Below, in pieces: positions 1-11,467 of a DNA stretch of 64,000 nt. The DNA is from Malacoraja senta. Taxonomy: Eukaryota. Positions within the stretch are counted from its first letter, which is position 1. Each line of letters begins with the position of its first letter. Under the pieces are notes generated by a model. It saw nothing but the letters and a program-made list of their open reading frames with translations. It was not told the DNA's origin and did no database searches. The position numbers were made by a program, and so were the translations under genes. The stretch lies in assembly GCA_038087875.1 (NCBI GenBank), contig CM075981.1, positions 1,426,001-1,490,000 of the forward strand. The letters are read 5' to 3'.

Positions 1-284
1 CTACACCCGAGCGGTAGTAGTTAAAGTGGAGCGCGGGGCTTGCTTCTTACAGCGGCCCGAGAGCCGTTGGAGCGGTCGCAGAGGGAGGAGGAACCGAAAT
101 CTGTAACGTTCCAAGTTCCACTCGCACTTCAAAAACAAGTGGGCTTAAGGAAGCCGCTGATTGGTGGAAGCAGACAAGAGGGAGCAGCTGATTGGGAGTC
201 AGATCCCTGCTGATTGTACTGTATTGTAGCAGTTTGTTTTGTATTGTATCCTAGGTAAGGGGTGTATGAGGGCCAGGGCAGTTT

Positions 285-822
285 AAAGGCCTGTCTCACG
301 AGTCTGCGGTCATTGGCGGCGAAACAGGAAGAATCTACCGCTCCTGGACCGCCAGAGACCGCGGACTCGGTCAAACGCACAATTCCGGGGCCGTGCTGTG
401 CTATAAAAAATCAACACTGTCCAAAAATATGTTCTTACCGCACAGCCGCCGCCAGTGAGGCACGAGTGCGGCACGGTCACCGCCACAGCCGCCGCCAGTG
501 CGGCACGAGCGCCGTGCGTCCAACTTGGACCGCCACAGCCTCCGCCAGTGCGGCACTGCCGCCGCCACAGCCGCCGCCAGTGAGGCAAGTGTGCGGCACG
601 ACCGCCGCCAGTGAGGCACGTGTGCGGCACGGCCGCCGCCTCAGCCGCGCGATCCGAAAGACGTCATCGCGTAGCGCGATGACGTCATCACCCGACGCCG
701 CAAGCTCGTGCAACCGGCCGTACTCGGCCACCGCGCAGCATCCGTGCGGCGCTCACGTGGCTGCCGTGCGGCGCTCTCGTGGTTGCCGTGCGGTCCCCTC
801 TTCCGGCGACGACGTCCACATC
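285..822. repeat. GC-rich insertion interrupting CR1 ORF1, with internal tandem repeats; possibly a non-autonomous DNA transposon remnant
   Basis: Begins aaaggcctgtctcac directly after the MRARAV codons; five copies of the core ccgccgccagtg(a/c)ggca at 441-640; 12-bp inverted repeat at 660-686. No right TIR seen. Confidence 0.5.
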
Positions 823-823
823 T

Positions 824-1615
824 GATGACCTCCGTCTGGTCAGGAAGAGCGAGGAAGTCATTGAGAGGAGTTACATTGAGGTGGTCACTCCAAGACCACA
901 GGAGGCAGGCAAGTGGATCACGGTTGGGAGTCGCAATGGGCACAGGCCGGGACTAGAGAGTACCCCGGTGGCTGTACACCTTGACAATAAGTACTCCTGT
1001 TTGAGCACTGTTGGGGGGGGACAGCCTACCTGGGGTAGCGACAGCGGCCGGGCCTCCGGTACAGAGACCATTCCTGTTGCTCAGAAGGGTAAGGAAAAGA
1101 AGAGGAGGGCAATACTAATAGGGGACTCTATAGTTAGGGGGTCAGACAGGCGATTCTGTGGACGCAGTCGGGAGACCCGGATGGTAGTTTGCCTCCCTGG
1201 TGCCAGGGTCTGTGATGTGTCTCAACGTGTCCAAGATATCCTGAAAGGGCAGGGAGAGGAGCCCAAGGTCGTGGTACATATACGTACCAATGACATAGGT
1301 AAAAAAAGAGAAGAGGTCCTGAAAGGAGAATTTAGGGAGTTAGGAGGGGAGTTAAAGAGAAGGACAGCAAAGGTAACAATCTCGGGATTACTGCCTGTGC
1401 CACGCGACAGTGAGAGTAGGAATGGAGCGAGGTGGAGGATAAATGCGTGGTTGAAGGACTGGTGCAGAGGGCAGGGATTCAAATTTCTGGATCATTGGGA
1501 CCTCTTTTGTGGAAGGTGCGACCTGTACAAAAAGGATGGGTTGCACTTGAACCTGGGGGGGGCTGATATCCTGGCGGGGAGATCTGCAAAGGCTACTGGG
1601 GAGACTTTAAACTAG
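824..1615 (+). pseudogene. CR1 ORF1 remnant (SGNH/GDSL esterase-like)
   Basis: ORF 779..1615 contains the GDS, G-x-N-D and DGLH blocks. The probable true start (ATG 266, MRARAV) is separated from it by an unrelated insertion. Confidence 0.85.
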
Positions 1616-1920
1616 AATGGTTGGGGGGAGGGACTCAAATAGAGAAAGCTATTAGACAGTGTGTGAGGCAGGAGGCAGAGAAGGAAAGCACTCAGACCCA
1701 ACATGTAGGGGGGAAAGAAGAAAACAATAATAAACAGGGAATAAGAGGTGGTGGGGTTCTTAAATGGGTGAGCAGAGAAACAGAGGGTGTAAAATGCGGG
1801 CGGAAGCAATAGGTAGCAAGGTGAAAAGTAAAAGTGGCAGGCAGACAAATCCAGGGCAAAAATCAAAAAGGGCCACTTTCAACATAATTGTATAAGGGGT
1901 AAGAGCGTTGTAAAAACAAG

Positions 1921-4649
1921 CCTGAAGGCTTTGTGTGTCAATGCAAGGAGCATTCGTAATAAGGTGGGTGAGTTGAACGTGCAGATAGCTATTAATGATT
2001 ATGATATAGTTGGGATCACGGAGACGTGGCTCCAGGGTGACCAAGGCTGGGAGCTGAACATCCAGGGATATTCAATATTCAGGAGGGATAGAGAGAAAGG
2101 AAAAGGAGGTGGGGTAGCGTTGCTGGTTAGAGAGGAGATTAACGCAGTGGAAAGGAAGGACATTAGCTTGGAGGATGTGGAATCGGTATGGGTAGAGCTG
2201 CGAAACACTAAGGGGCAGAAAACGCTGGTGGGTGCTTTGTACAGGCCACCTAGCAGTAGTAGTGAAGTTGGGGATGGCATCAAACAGGAAATTAGAAATG
2301 CGTGCAACAAAGGCAAAACAGTTATAATGGGTGACTTCTACATATAGATTGGGTGAATCAAATTGGCAGGGGTGCTGAGGAAGAGGATTTCTTGGAATGT
2401 ATGCGGGATAGTTATCTAAACCAACGAGAGAGCAGGCTATTCTAGACTGGGTATTGAGTAATGAGGAAGGGTTAGTTAGCAGTCTTGTTGTGCGTGCCCC
2501 CTTGGGCAAGAGCGACCATAATATGTTTGAATTCTTCATTAGGATGGAGAGTGACATTGTTAATTCAGAAACAATGGTTCTGAAATTAAAGAAAGGTAAC
2601 TTTGAGGGTATGAGACGTGAATTGGCCAAGATTGACTGGCAATTAGTTCTAAAAGGGTTGACGGTGGATATGCAATGGAAGGCATTTAAAGACTGCATGG
2701 ATGAACTACAAAAATTGTTCATCCCAGTTTGGCAAAAGAATAAATCAGGGAAGGTAGTGCATCCGTGGATAACAAGGGAAATCAGGGATAGTATCAAAGC
2801 AAAAGACGATGCGTACAAATTAATCAGAAAAAGCAGCATACCAAATGGACTGGGAGAAATTCAGAGACCAGCAGAGGAGCACAAAGGGCTTAATTAGGAA
2901 AGGGAAAATAGATTAAGAAAGAAAACTGGCAGGGAACATAAAAACTGACTGCTAAGTTTTTATAGATATGTGAAGAGAAAGAGATTAGTTTAAACAAATG
3001 TAGGTCCCTTGCAGTCAGAAACAGGTGATTTGATCATGGGGAACAAGGATATGGCGGACCAATTGAATAACTACTTTGGTTCCGTCTTCACTAAGGAAGA
3101 CATAAATAATCTGCCGGAAATAGCAGGGGGGCGCGGGTCAAAGGAGATGGAGGAACTGAGTGAAATCCAGGTTAGTCGGGAAGTGGTGTTGGGTAAATTG
3201 AATGGATTAAAGGCCGATAATTCACCAGGGCCAGATAGGCTGCATCCCAGAGTACTTAAGGAGTACTGGAGTAGTTCCTGAGGATTGGAGGGTAGCAAAC
3301 GTAACCTCACTTTTTAAGAAGGGAGTGAGATAGAAAACGGGAAATTACAGACCAGTTAGTCTAACATCGGTAGTGGGGAAACTGCTAGAGTCAGTTATTA
3401 AAGATGGGATAGCACCACATTTGGAAAGTGGTGAAATCATTGGACAAAGTCAGCATGGATTTACGAAAGGTAAATCATGTCTGACGAATCTTATAGAATT
3501 TTTCGAGGGTGTAACTAGTAGAATGTATAGGGGAGAACCAGTGGATGTGTTGTATCTGGACTTTCAGAAGGCTTTCGACAAGGTCCCACATAAGAGATTA
3601 GTATACAAACTTAAAGCACACGGTATTGGGGGTTCAGTATTGATGTGGATAGAGAACTGGCTGGCAAACAGGAAGCAAAGAGTAGGAGTAAACGGGTCCT
3701 TTTCACAATGGCAGGCAGTGACTAGTGGGGTACCGCAAGGCTCAGTGCTGGGACCCCAGCTATTTAGAATTTATATTAATGATCTGGATGAGGGAATTGA
3801 AGGCAACATCTCCAAGTTTGCGGATAACACTAAGCTGCAGTGTTAGCTGTGCGGAGGATGCTAGGAGACTGCAAGGTGACTTGGATAGGCTGGGTGAGTG
3901 GGCAAATGTTTGGCAGATGCAATATAATGTGGATAAATGTGAGGTTATCAACTTTGGTGGCAAAAACAGGAAAGAAGACTATTATCTAAATGGTGGCCGA
4001 TTAGGAAAAGGGGAGATGCAGCGAGACCTGGGTGTCATGGTACACCAGTCATTGAAAGTAGGCATGCAGGTGCAGAAGGCAGTGAAGAAAGCGAATGGTA
4101 TGTTAGCTTTCATAGCAAAAGGATTTGAGTATAGGAGCAGGGAGGTTCTACTGCAGTTGTACAGGGTCTTGGTGAGACCACACCTGGAGTATTGCCTACA
4201 GTTTTGGTCTCCAAATCTGAGGAAGGACATTATAGCCATAGAGGGAGTGCAGAGAAGGTTCACCAGACTGATTCCTGGGATGTCAGGACTTTCATATGAA
4301 GAAAGACTGGATAGACTTGGCTTATACTCGCTAGAATTTGGGAGATTGAGAGGGGATCTTATACAAACGTACAAAATTCTTATGGGGTTGGACAGGCTAG
4401 ATGCAGGAAGATTGTTCCCGATGTTGGGGAAGTCCAGGACAAGGGGTCACAGCTTAAGGATAAGGGGGAAATCCTTTAAGACCGAGATGAGATAAAACTT
4501 TTTCACACAGAGAGTGGTGAATCTCTGGAACTCTCTGCCACAGAGGGTGGTTGAGGCCGGTTCATTGGCTATATTTAAGAGGGAGTTAGATGTGGCCCTT
4601 GTGGCTAAAGGGATCAGGGGGTATGGAGAGAAGGCAGGTACGGGATACT
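1921..4649 (+). pseudogene. CR1 ORF2 (endonuclease-RT), frameshifted
   Basis: Split over ORFs 1931, 2454, 3009, 3373 and 3725 with stops and frameshifts. Confidence 0.92.
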
Positions 4650-4751
4650 GAGTTGGATGATCAGCCATGATCATATTGAATGGCGGTGAAGGCTCGAAGG
4701 CCCGAATGGCCTACTCCTGCACCTATTTTCTATGTATCTATGTATCTATGT

Positions 4752-5393
4752 TGAGTCCACACTTTGGGAATTGTGTTCAGCTTTAGTCCCTCAGCTCCAA
4801 GAAAAGTGCCGTTGAGGTGGACAACGTGCAGAAAGGTTTTAGGACGACGCTGCCTGGACAGGATGGGATTGACGCAGGGAGCGATTGGACAAACTCAGAC
4901 TTTATTCCTTGGTGTGGAAATGATTGAGCGAGGAACTTATAGAAATGTATCAATCACGAGAAGCATGTTCATTTTCCCCACGATGTGTGGGATGAGAAAG
5001 TGGAGGACAGACGTAATGGGAACTATTTAAAGAGGGGGGAATAGTAAGGTGCCATTTACTGTCATGGCATGTTTTGTACAGATGTGGCCGAAGCTGAACA
5101 TAATTCGTCCAAGTTTAACCTCAACAACATAGGTACAACTGAAACATAACATGTTCTGAGGGACAACATTTTCCACACATTGGGTGATATGTATATGAAA
5201 CTTGCTGCCAGAGGAGGTTGTTGAGGCAGTTAGAATAACAGCATTTAAAATACATTTTTGGACTGTTGAGTAGATTGGGATCATTACGAGTGAAAGGGAG
5301 AAACGTGGACATATGAAAATGGCCTAGAAAGACATGTTGGTCGGCATTAATGAGCTGTTGTGATGGGCCTCTTTCGGTTCTCTATAACTCTAA
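4752..5393 (+). mobile_element. Old CR1-like 3' fragment (paralogs about 34620-35262 and 61165-61812)
   Basis: Degenerate PHLEYCVQFWSP / VQRRFTRMLPG coding region and tctataac-type tail. Confidence 0.7.
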
Positions 5394-5555
5394 CCTTCTT
5401 CAGTTTCTGGGCTTCGCACACTCACAGAGATGTAGATGAGCCGGTGAGATATCAACCGGACGGTTCGGGCTGAGATAAAGGGCTGCTGAGATTTAGCATG
5501 TGTTTGGTGTTTAACTGTTCATACCGGTGACTGAATGTTTCCTCCATTCCCACAG

Positions 5556-5876
5556 AACCTGTGTCTGCTCCTGTGCTCAGATATCTGTCATCAGCAAATG
5601 CCTCACGTCTCGGAGGCTCCGTCTCAGTGTCCTGTGAGTCTGTCCGTGGATCCCTTCCCATCCATTACACATGGTGTGAGAAGAACAAGTATGGGTGGTC
5701 AACGATCTTGTGGAGGAATCAACTTGATCTGAGTTGTGAACTCCTCAGAGGTCAACACCGTCGATATTACTGCACAGCCTCAAATAATCGTGGGACAAAA
5801 ACCAGTGAAATACTCAAGGTGAAAATCTTCAAAGGAGCAGGAACGTGCAGTTATGTGACAGAAATCAACAATGCAG
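5556..5876 (+). CDS. Gene 1 exon C2a (C2/I-set Ig domain); splice donor mutated
   Basis: cccacag| acceptor; 321 nt open: EPVSAPVL..VSC..YTW..LDLSC..YYC..TCSYVTEINNA. The donor position reads ATGAGT where paralogs have GTGAGT. Confidence 0.85.
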
Positions 5877-6454
5877 ATGAGTGTTATTTTCCCGTGGGAA
5901 TACTGTATCACAATTCCTCTCGTGTTCTTGGAGCAGCTGCTATTCACCTTTTGGTGATGTTCGTGGGTTGCTAGGTATTTGCAGACGGCATCATTGCAGC
6001 GACCGTGAGCTCGTGGTGTAAAATGCGAGAGATTGTTTGGGGGACTGGCAAATAATTACCTGGGAGGTGTTGAGCTTCGAAAGGAGAGAAAGATCTGCAC
6101 TATTCACAACGGGTTGAGTGCATTCCATCAAATTTCTGCCATCTGCTTTAAAAATGGTTTTCTGGCTGCCGTTTAAGATCTCATAGTCACTTTGAGACAG
6201 AGAAAGCAACCAAATGCATTCTATTTGGATCCATCATCATTTATAACCAAGGATGTACAATTTCACGATCATGGCAGGATTACAAACGTGTTAGTTTGTG
6301 TGAATCTGTGGAGGAATTCTAGTAATCTCACAAAATTAAAGTGAATCTACTTGGCCGTCGCTACATCAATTATAACTCTTTTCTCAACGTGAGTTGTGAA
6401 ATGTAGCTCCCAGTAGGCGTGGAGACCCTCAGAGGGGAAGTCCAGAAGAGAGTG

Positions 6455-6690
6455 TGAATGGTTTACATCAGCGAGGCCAAGCAAATCCCAGGCCACAGTT
6501 TAGCTGAACACTTGTGCTTGGTCTGTCATGACCCAGAATCGCGCTTGATAGACACCACATCCTCAACGTCCCCCGCTGATGCAGAGCAGCAGCAGTTTGC
6601 ACCGTCTGCAGGATGCACTGCAGCAACTCACCAAGACTCCCTAGACAGCGCCTTCCAATTCAAACAGGCTCCGTGTTCAATGCATCATTA
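6455..6690 (+). mobile_element. Penelope-like GIY-YIG remnant (paralogs about 36776-37220 and 63315-63770)
   Basis: Degenerate YIxETKxxLxxxFAEHL motif. Confidence 0.55.
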
Positions 6691-7046
6691 CATAGAAACA
6701 TAGACACATAGAAAATAGGTGCAGGAGTAGGCCATTCGGCCCTTCGAGCCTGCACCGCCATTCAATATGATCATGGCTGATCATCCAACTCAGGGCCACA
6801 TCTAACTCCCTCTTAGATATAGCCAATGAACTGGCCTCAACTACCTTCTGTGGCAGAGAATTCCAGAGATTCACCAATCTCTGTGTGAAAAATGTTTTTC
6901 TCATCTCGGTCCTAAAAGATTTCCCCTTTATCCTTATACTGTGACCCCTTGTCCTGGACTTCCCCAACATCCGGAACAATCTTCCTGCATCTAGCCTGTC
7001 CAACCCCTTAAGAATGTTGTAAGTTATATAAGATCCCCCCTCAATC
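6691..7046 (-). mobile_element. CR1 3' fragment specific to gene 1
   Basis: Reverse tail atagaaac repeats; C-terminal ORF2 peptide (ORF 6677..7132). Absent at the paralogous site near 37240. Confidence 0.85.
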
Positions 7047-7275
7047 TTCACCATTGACACCCACATTGGCTGGGAAGCACTTTGGAACGACCTGTGCAGA
7101 TGGTGAGGGACGGTGTACAGTATTTGTCTCACATCGCAATCTAGGTGGAATTCAACAGAGTTAAGAAAATGATTAGGCGGATTCCCCTGTACACATTGAT
7201 GTATACTATAATGTATATGTTTGTGAAAGGCTATTTTTGCTCTTCAATTTATGAAAGATTTTCATTCAGTTTCAG

Positions 7276-7587
7276 GTGCACTGTGGGCGGAGAGCGAAGT
7301 ACGAGGAGTTATGGGAAGAGCGATCACAATCGACTGTCACTATGCAACAGTGTACCGCTCACACATAAAGTACTGGTGCCGTGGGGCAAGTCACCAGTGT
7401 ACACATGTAGTGGAAACAAATGGGAAACATGGACCGAACGGAAGAGTGTCAATCACAGATAACCCGGCACGAGGAATATTTACTGTGACTGTGGAGGATC
7501 TTCACCCTGGAGATACAGGATGGTACAATTTTGGAATTACTACACCTGGCAAACCAAGATTTAAAGTACATCTCCAAGTATCTGAAG
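7276..7587 (+). CDS. Gene 1 exon V4 (CD300/pIgR-like V domain lacking the F-strand Cys)
   Basis: ttcag| acceptor and |gtaggt donor; 312 nt; ITIDC..KYWCRG..C..RVSITD..DTGWYNFG. Confidence 0.88.
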
Positions 7588-7789
7588 GTAGGTTTCTCAG
7601 TGAGTGACTTCGTGTCTTCACTTTGGCATCCGCACAAAACATTTGTTTGGTAGGAGTCTGTTGCACAGTTCTGGTCGCCGCTTTGTAAAACAAAAGCTCC
7701 CTTTTCCTGCTGGTAATTCCTGAAATGTAAAAGAGAATCCAAGATTGTCTGATGATTTGTCTGATTTATGGTCAGTTTTAATCACAATG

Positions 7790-8293
7790 TTATAGCAAAG
7801 ATGCTGTCACGTTGGATATGATGCAGGGAAGACTTATAAGGATGTTGCGATGACTTGAGGGCCTGATCTAAATTGAGGGGTTGAGAAGGCTAGGACTTTA
7901 TTCATGGGAGCACAGGAAGATGAGGGATGATCTTATGGCAGGTACAAAATCTTGCGAGGAATAGATCAAATAAATGCAGTTCTTTGCGCAGGGTCGTGGA
8001 ATCGAAAACCAGAGGGCAATGTGTTAAGATGAGGGGGGAATAATTTAACAAAAATCTGGGGAGTAACGTTTTTACACAAAGGTTGGCAGTTATATGGAAC
8101 TAACAGCGACGGAAGTAGTTATGGCAGGTTTTCGCAACATTTAAGAACAATTTGGACATATACATGAATAGGATTAGAGGATTAAGGGGAAAGCAAGGGC
8201 AGATGGAACTAGTGTAGATGGGGCTAGTTGGTCAGAACGGGCAAGTTAGACCGAAGGGCCTGTTTCTACGCCCAATGACTCTATGAATCTATG
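7790..8293 (+). mobile_element. Old CR1-like 3' fragment (paralog about 38360-38845)
   Basis: Degenerate ORF2 C-terminus and tgactctatg tail. Confidence 0.65.
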
Positions 8294-8414
8294 TAGATGG
8301 ATGGGTCAGATTCCAACCTGGCAACTCTGGCTAAGATACAGATATGGTGGATATTGGCGAGTGTTCTATTTTCAAATGTTCACTCAGTGTCTGACTGTTT
8401 GCCCCTTCCCACAG

Positions 8415-8735
8415 AACCCGTGTCTGTTCCTGTGCTTGGATTTCTGTCACCAGCCAATGTCTCTTGTCTCGGGAGCTCAGTGACAGTGTCCTGTGAGTCG
8501 GTCAGTGGATCCCTTCCCATTAGCTACAGCTGGTATGAAAATACCCCATCTGCGGATTCAATGATCTCAGTCAACAATGCCCTGGATCTACATTGTCAAT
8601 CCTTCAAACACCAGCACCATCAATATTATTGCACAGCCTCAAATAATAATGGATCAAAATCCAGTGACATGGTCAACGTGTCCATCTCCAGCAGTGACGT
8701 GCACTGCAGTTTCCTAGTGAAAATCAACGGCACTG
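8415..8735 (+). CDS. Gene 1 exon C2b (C2/I-set Ig domain)
   Basis: cccacag| acceptor and |gtaagt donor; 321 nt open; VSC..YSW..LDLHC..YYC..HCSFLVKINGT. Confidence 0.92.
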
Positions 8736-9489
8736 GTAAGTAGTGGAGGGAATGAGGAGGAGAAGGGGAAGTGGTGGTGGGGTGGTTCATAAGATCAGGT
8801 GATAGAAGCAGAAATAGACCATTCAATCATGGCTGATCTATCTTCCCAATTCTCCTGCCTTCTCCCCATAACCTCCGTCACCCTGAAATCCTTGCACGTT
8901 ATTTAATTAACTTATCAAGATTAATATGATGGAATTATGGCCCATTTGTCAGAATTTAGTTGTTGGGCTCCAGAAATAGATTTCCTAGTGCTGGTGTAGG
9001 CCAGCTTCCTGTATAGAATTGCCTCTTGCATTTACACAGCTTTCAACTAGGTTTGCAGTGACATCAGTCCAAGCACATTCACTTTCCCACCACCATCTCC
9101 ACATGATCCACACACAGATATGGTAAGGGATCAGACATTATCAGTAAATGTGGCCACAGTTAAATCCTTGACGACGGAATCCCATTTACCAGCACCTCGT
9201 CCATTGCGGCAATTCAGGTACCTCCACTTTCTAGGTTTAAAAATATTTCTTGATACCCTTGAAACATCCTGCACCTTAACTTAACCATGTGTTCTCCACA
9301 TTTACACATATCTGTCGTGCAACATTTTCCAAAAATACACTGTCTATGCAGCTCAGAATTTTTGCACAACTTCCCCTTCCTCACCTGTCCTGCATGGAAT
9401 TTTATAAAACCCCTATCCAACCCCTCCCCATAACTGCAATGTTTCATCCCAAGCAACATTTCTCTCAAGTCTCACGTGAAATTGCACCC

Positions 9490-10124
9490 TTTAGATTAGT
9501 TTATGGATACAGCGTGGAAACACGCTGTTCGAACCAATCGGTACACACCGTCCAGTATTCACCAGTACACTAGTTCCATGGAGACCATTTACAAAGCCAA
9601 TGAACTGGCAAACGTGCACGACTTTGCAANNNNNNNNNNNNNNNNNNNNNNNNNNNNNNNNNNNNNNNNNNNNNNNNNNNNNNNNNNNNNNNNNNNNNNN
9701 NNNNNNNNNNNNNNNNNNNNNNNNNNNNNNNNNNNNNNNNNNNNNNNNNNNNNNNNNNNNNNNNNNNNNNNNNNNNNNNNNNNNNNNNNNNNNNNNNNNN
9801 NNNNNNNNNNNNNNNNNNNNNNNNNNNNNNNNNNNNNNNNNNNNNNNNNNNNNNNNNNNNNNNNNNNNNNNNNNNNNNNNNNNNNNNNNNNNNNNNNNNN
9901 NNNNNNNNNNNNNNNNNNNNNNNNNNNNNNNNNNNNNNNNNNNNNNNNNNNNNNNNNNNNNNNNNNNNNNNNNNNNNNNNNNNNNNNNNNNNNNNNNNNN
10001 NNNNNNNNNNNNAGAAAACCCACACGGTCACAGTGAGGTGGTAAAAATTCCGTACATCCGTAGTCAGGATCGAACCCGGGTCTCTGGCGTTGTAAGGCAG
10101 CAACTCTACCGCTGCGCCACTGTG
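9490..10124 (-). mobile_element. tRNA-derived SINE spanning the assembly gap (paralog about 40046-40363)
   Basis: Reverse complement of the A box (tggcgcagcggt) and B box (ggttcgatcc) and an aaact-type tail. Confidence 0.8.
9630..10012. other. Assembly gap (383 N)
   Basis: Run of N. Confidence 1.
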
Positions 10125-10318
10125 TCATCTACACCTGGCGCCAGAGTTGTTACCAGCTCGCCTGTTTGTCATAACATCTCCCATTTACTCAACTCACACG
10201 GAAGAAACATTATCCTGTCTGTTAAGCCTATCAACTACTTACATAGGAAAACCATACTCCTTTGTTCAACTGCAAGTGAAAAGCAGTGAAATTGACTTGT
10301 ATTTCCTTGTTCCAAAAG

Positions 10319-10367
10319 GTCATGAATATTCTTGTGAAAATTCGATAACATCCAATTACTCTGCAAG
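10319..10367 (+). CDS. Gene 1 stalk exon (GHEYSCENSITSNYSA)
   Basis: aag| acceptor after a pyrimidine tract and |gtaaac donor; 49 nt, phase 1 to 2, which exactly complements the phase-2 TM exon; paralog 40556-40604. Confidence 0.8.
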
Positions 10368-10498
10368 GTAAACCACCCTGTTTCCAATGGAAGTTACAAT
10401 ATACTAATTGCTGGTGTTTTGGTTGGGAATGCTTTATTTGGGAGAAATTTGTGCCTGCCTTTCACTGGCATTAAATGCCGTGAGAGTATTCATCTGAA

Positions 10499-10868
10499 TG
10501 CACAGTGGCACAGCCGATAGAATCACAACCTCACAACGCCACGACCCTGGTTCATTAGGTGCTGTCTGTGCGTGGTCTGCATGTTTTGCCTTTTATTGTG
10601 TTGGTTTCATTTAAGTGCTCCAGTTTCCTCCCAGCTCCCAAAGATGTGCCAGTTGTAAATTGCCCCGTGTGTACAGGACAGCGGTTGAATCTGTGGATAG
10701 GGGATGGGGCGGGGAGGGAGGGAGGGTGTTGGACGGTAGTGGTAGTTGATGAGAAAGTGGGGGAAATAAAAATGGGATTGACAGAGGATCCGTGTGAATG
10801 TAGTTGACTGTCTGCACAGACCAGAAGGGCTAAATGGCTTGTTTCTATACTGTGTTTCTCTATGGGTC
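10499..10868 (+). mobile_element. Older tRNA-derived SINE (paralog about 40737-41105)
   Basis: Degenerate A and B boxes and the same body as the SINE at 15243. Confidence 0.65.
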
Positions 10869-10914
10869 TTTGATCCAATGAAACCAAATATCGAAGCATA
10901 ATCAAATTTTGTAC

Positions 10915-11008
10915 GTCCAGCCATGATCACATTGAATGGCGGTGCTGGCTCAAAGGGCCGAATGGCCTACCCCTGCACCTCTTGTCTATTGTCTATTGTC
11001 TATTGTTT
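10915..11008 (+). mobile_element. CR1 extreme 3' end (paralog about 41152-41245)
   Basis: cagccatgatcacattgaatggcgg hairpin region and (tctattg)n tail. Confidence 0.8.
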
Positions 11009-11467
11009 CAAGCCTGACACCAAATATAAATGTATCTCTTAACTATTCGTTAATAATATGTATATAACTTACAAACCAATTATTAGTTAACTCTTCAGAA
11101 GGGGAATTACACTGGGTTTACATCTCATTGTGTTGTGTACATGCTTGGATGATAAGAACAAGTTCTTCCATTTGCTGCTTTTCAGCGAGCGCTTCCTGCA
11201 GTATTCACCATGACTTCTCTTTCACTAACCTCATCCCATGCTGTGAGATGAATATAGTTGCCAAACCCAAGTCTTGCAGTTTAGCTTGGTTGAGACTTGC
11301 TCTGGTGTGGTGCTGATAGGTAAATGCATTATGAATTATGGGCTAAGACACCCCCCTTGATATCACTTATGGCAACACCTTGCCATTGATGGGGCACGCA
11401 CCAAAAATTCGCTGGCGCAGAATGTGAGAAAAGTCTTTAATCAGACCGAATACAGCGAACTGAGTTA

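Larger units (their letters stand above)
1..4750 (+). mobile_element. CR1-type LINE, near full length and degraded, in the intron upstream of gene 1 C2a
   Basis: SGNH-esterase ORF1 remnant (GDSIVRG, TNDIG, DGLHLN); APE endonuclease (NARSIRNK, GITETWL) and RT ([16 protein letters not shown]) remnants in several frames; 3' (TCTATGTA)n tail at about 4728-4750. Absent at the homologous sites near 34620 and 61165. Confidence 0.95.

Noticed and set aside
441-640. CRISPR-like array or real protein (ORF 262..825 and antisense ORFs)
   Set aside because: Irregular degenerate GC-rich repeats without uniform spacers in a vertebrate intron; the ORFs are low-complexity by-products.
9503-10289. ORFs spanning the gap
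   Set aside because: Artefacts of translating N runs.
11128-11316. Cys-rich ORF conserved in both gene copies (also 41365..41553)
   Set aside because: No convincing splice sites or domain; the conservation is explained by recent segmental duplication.
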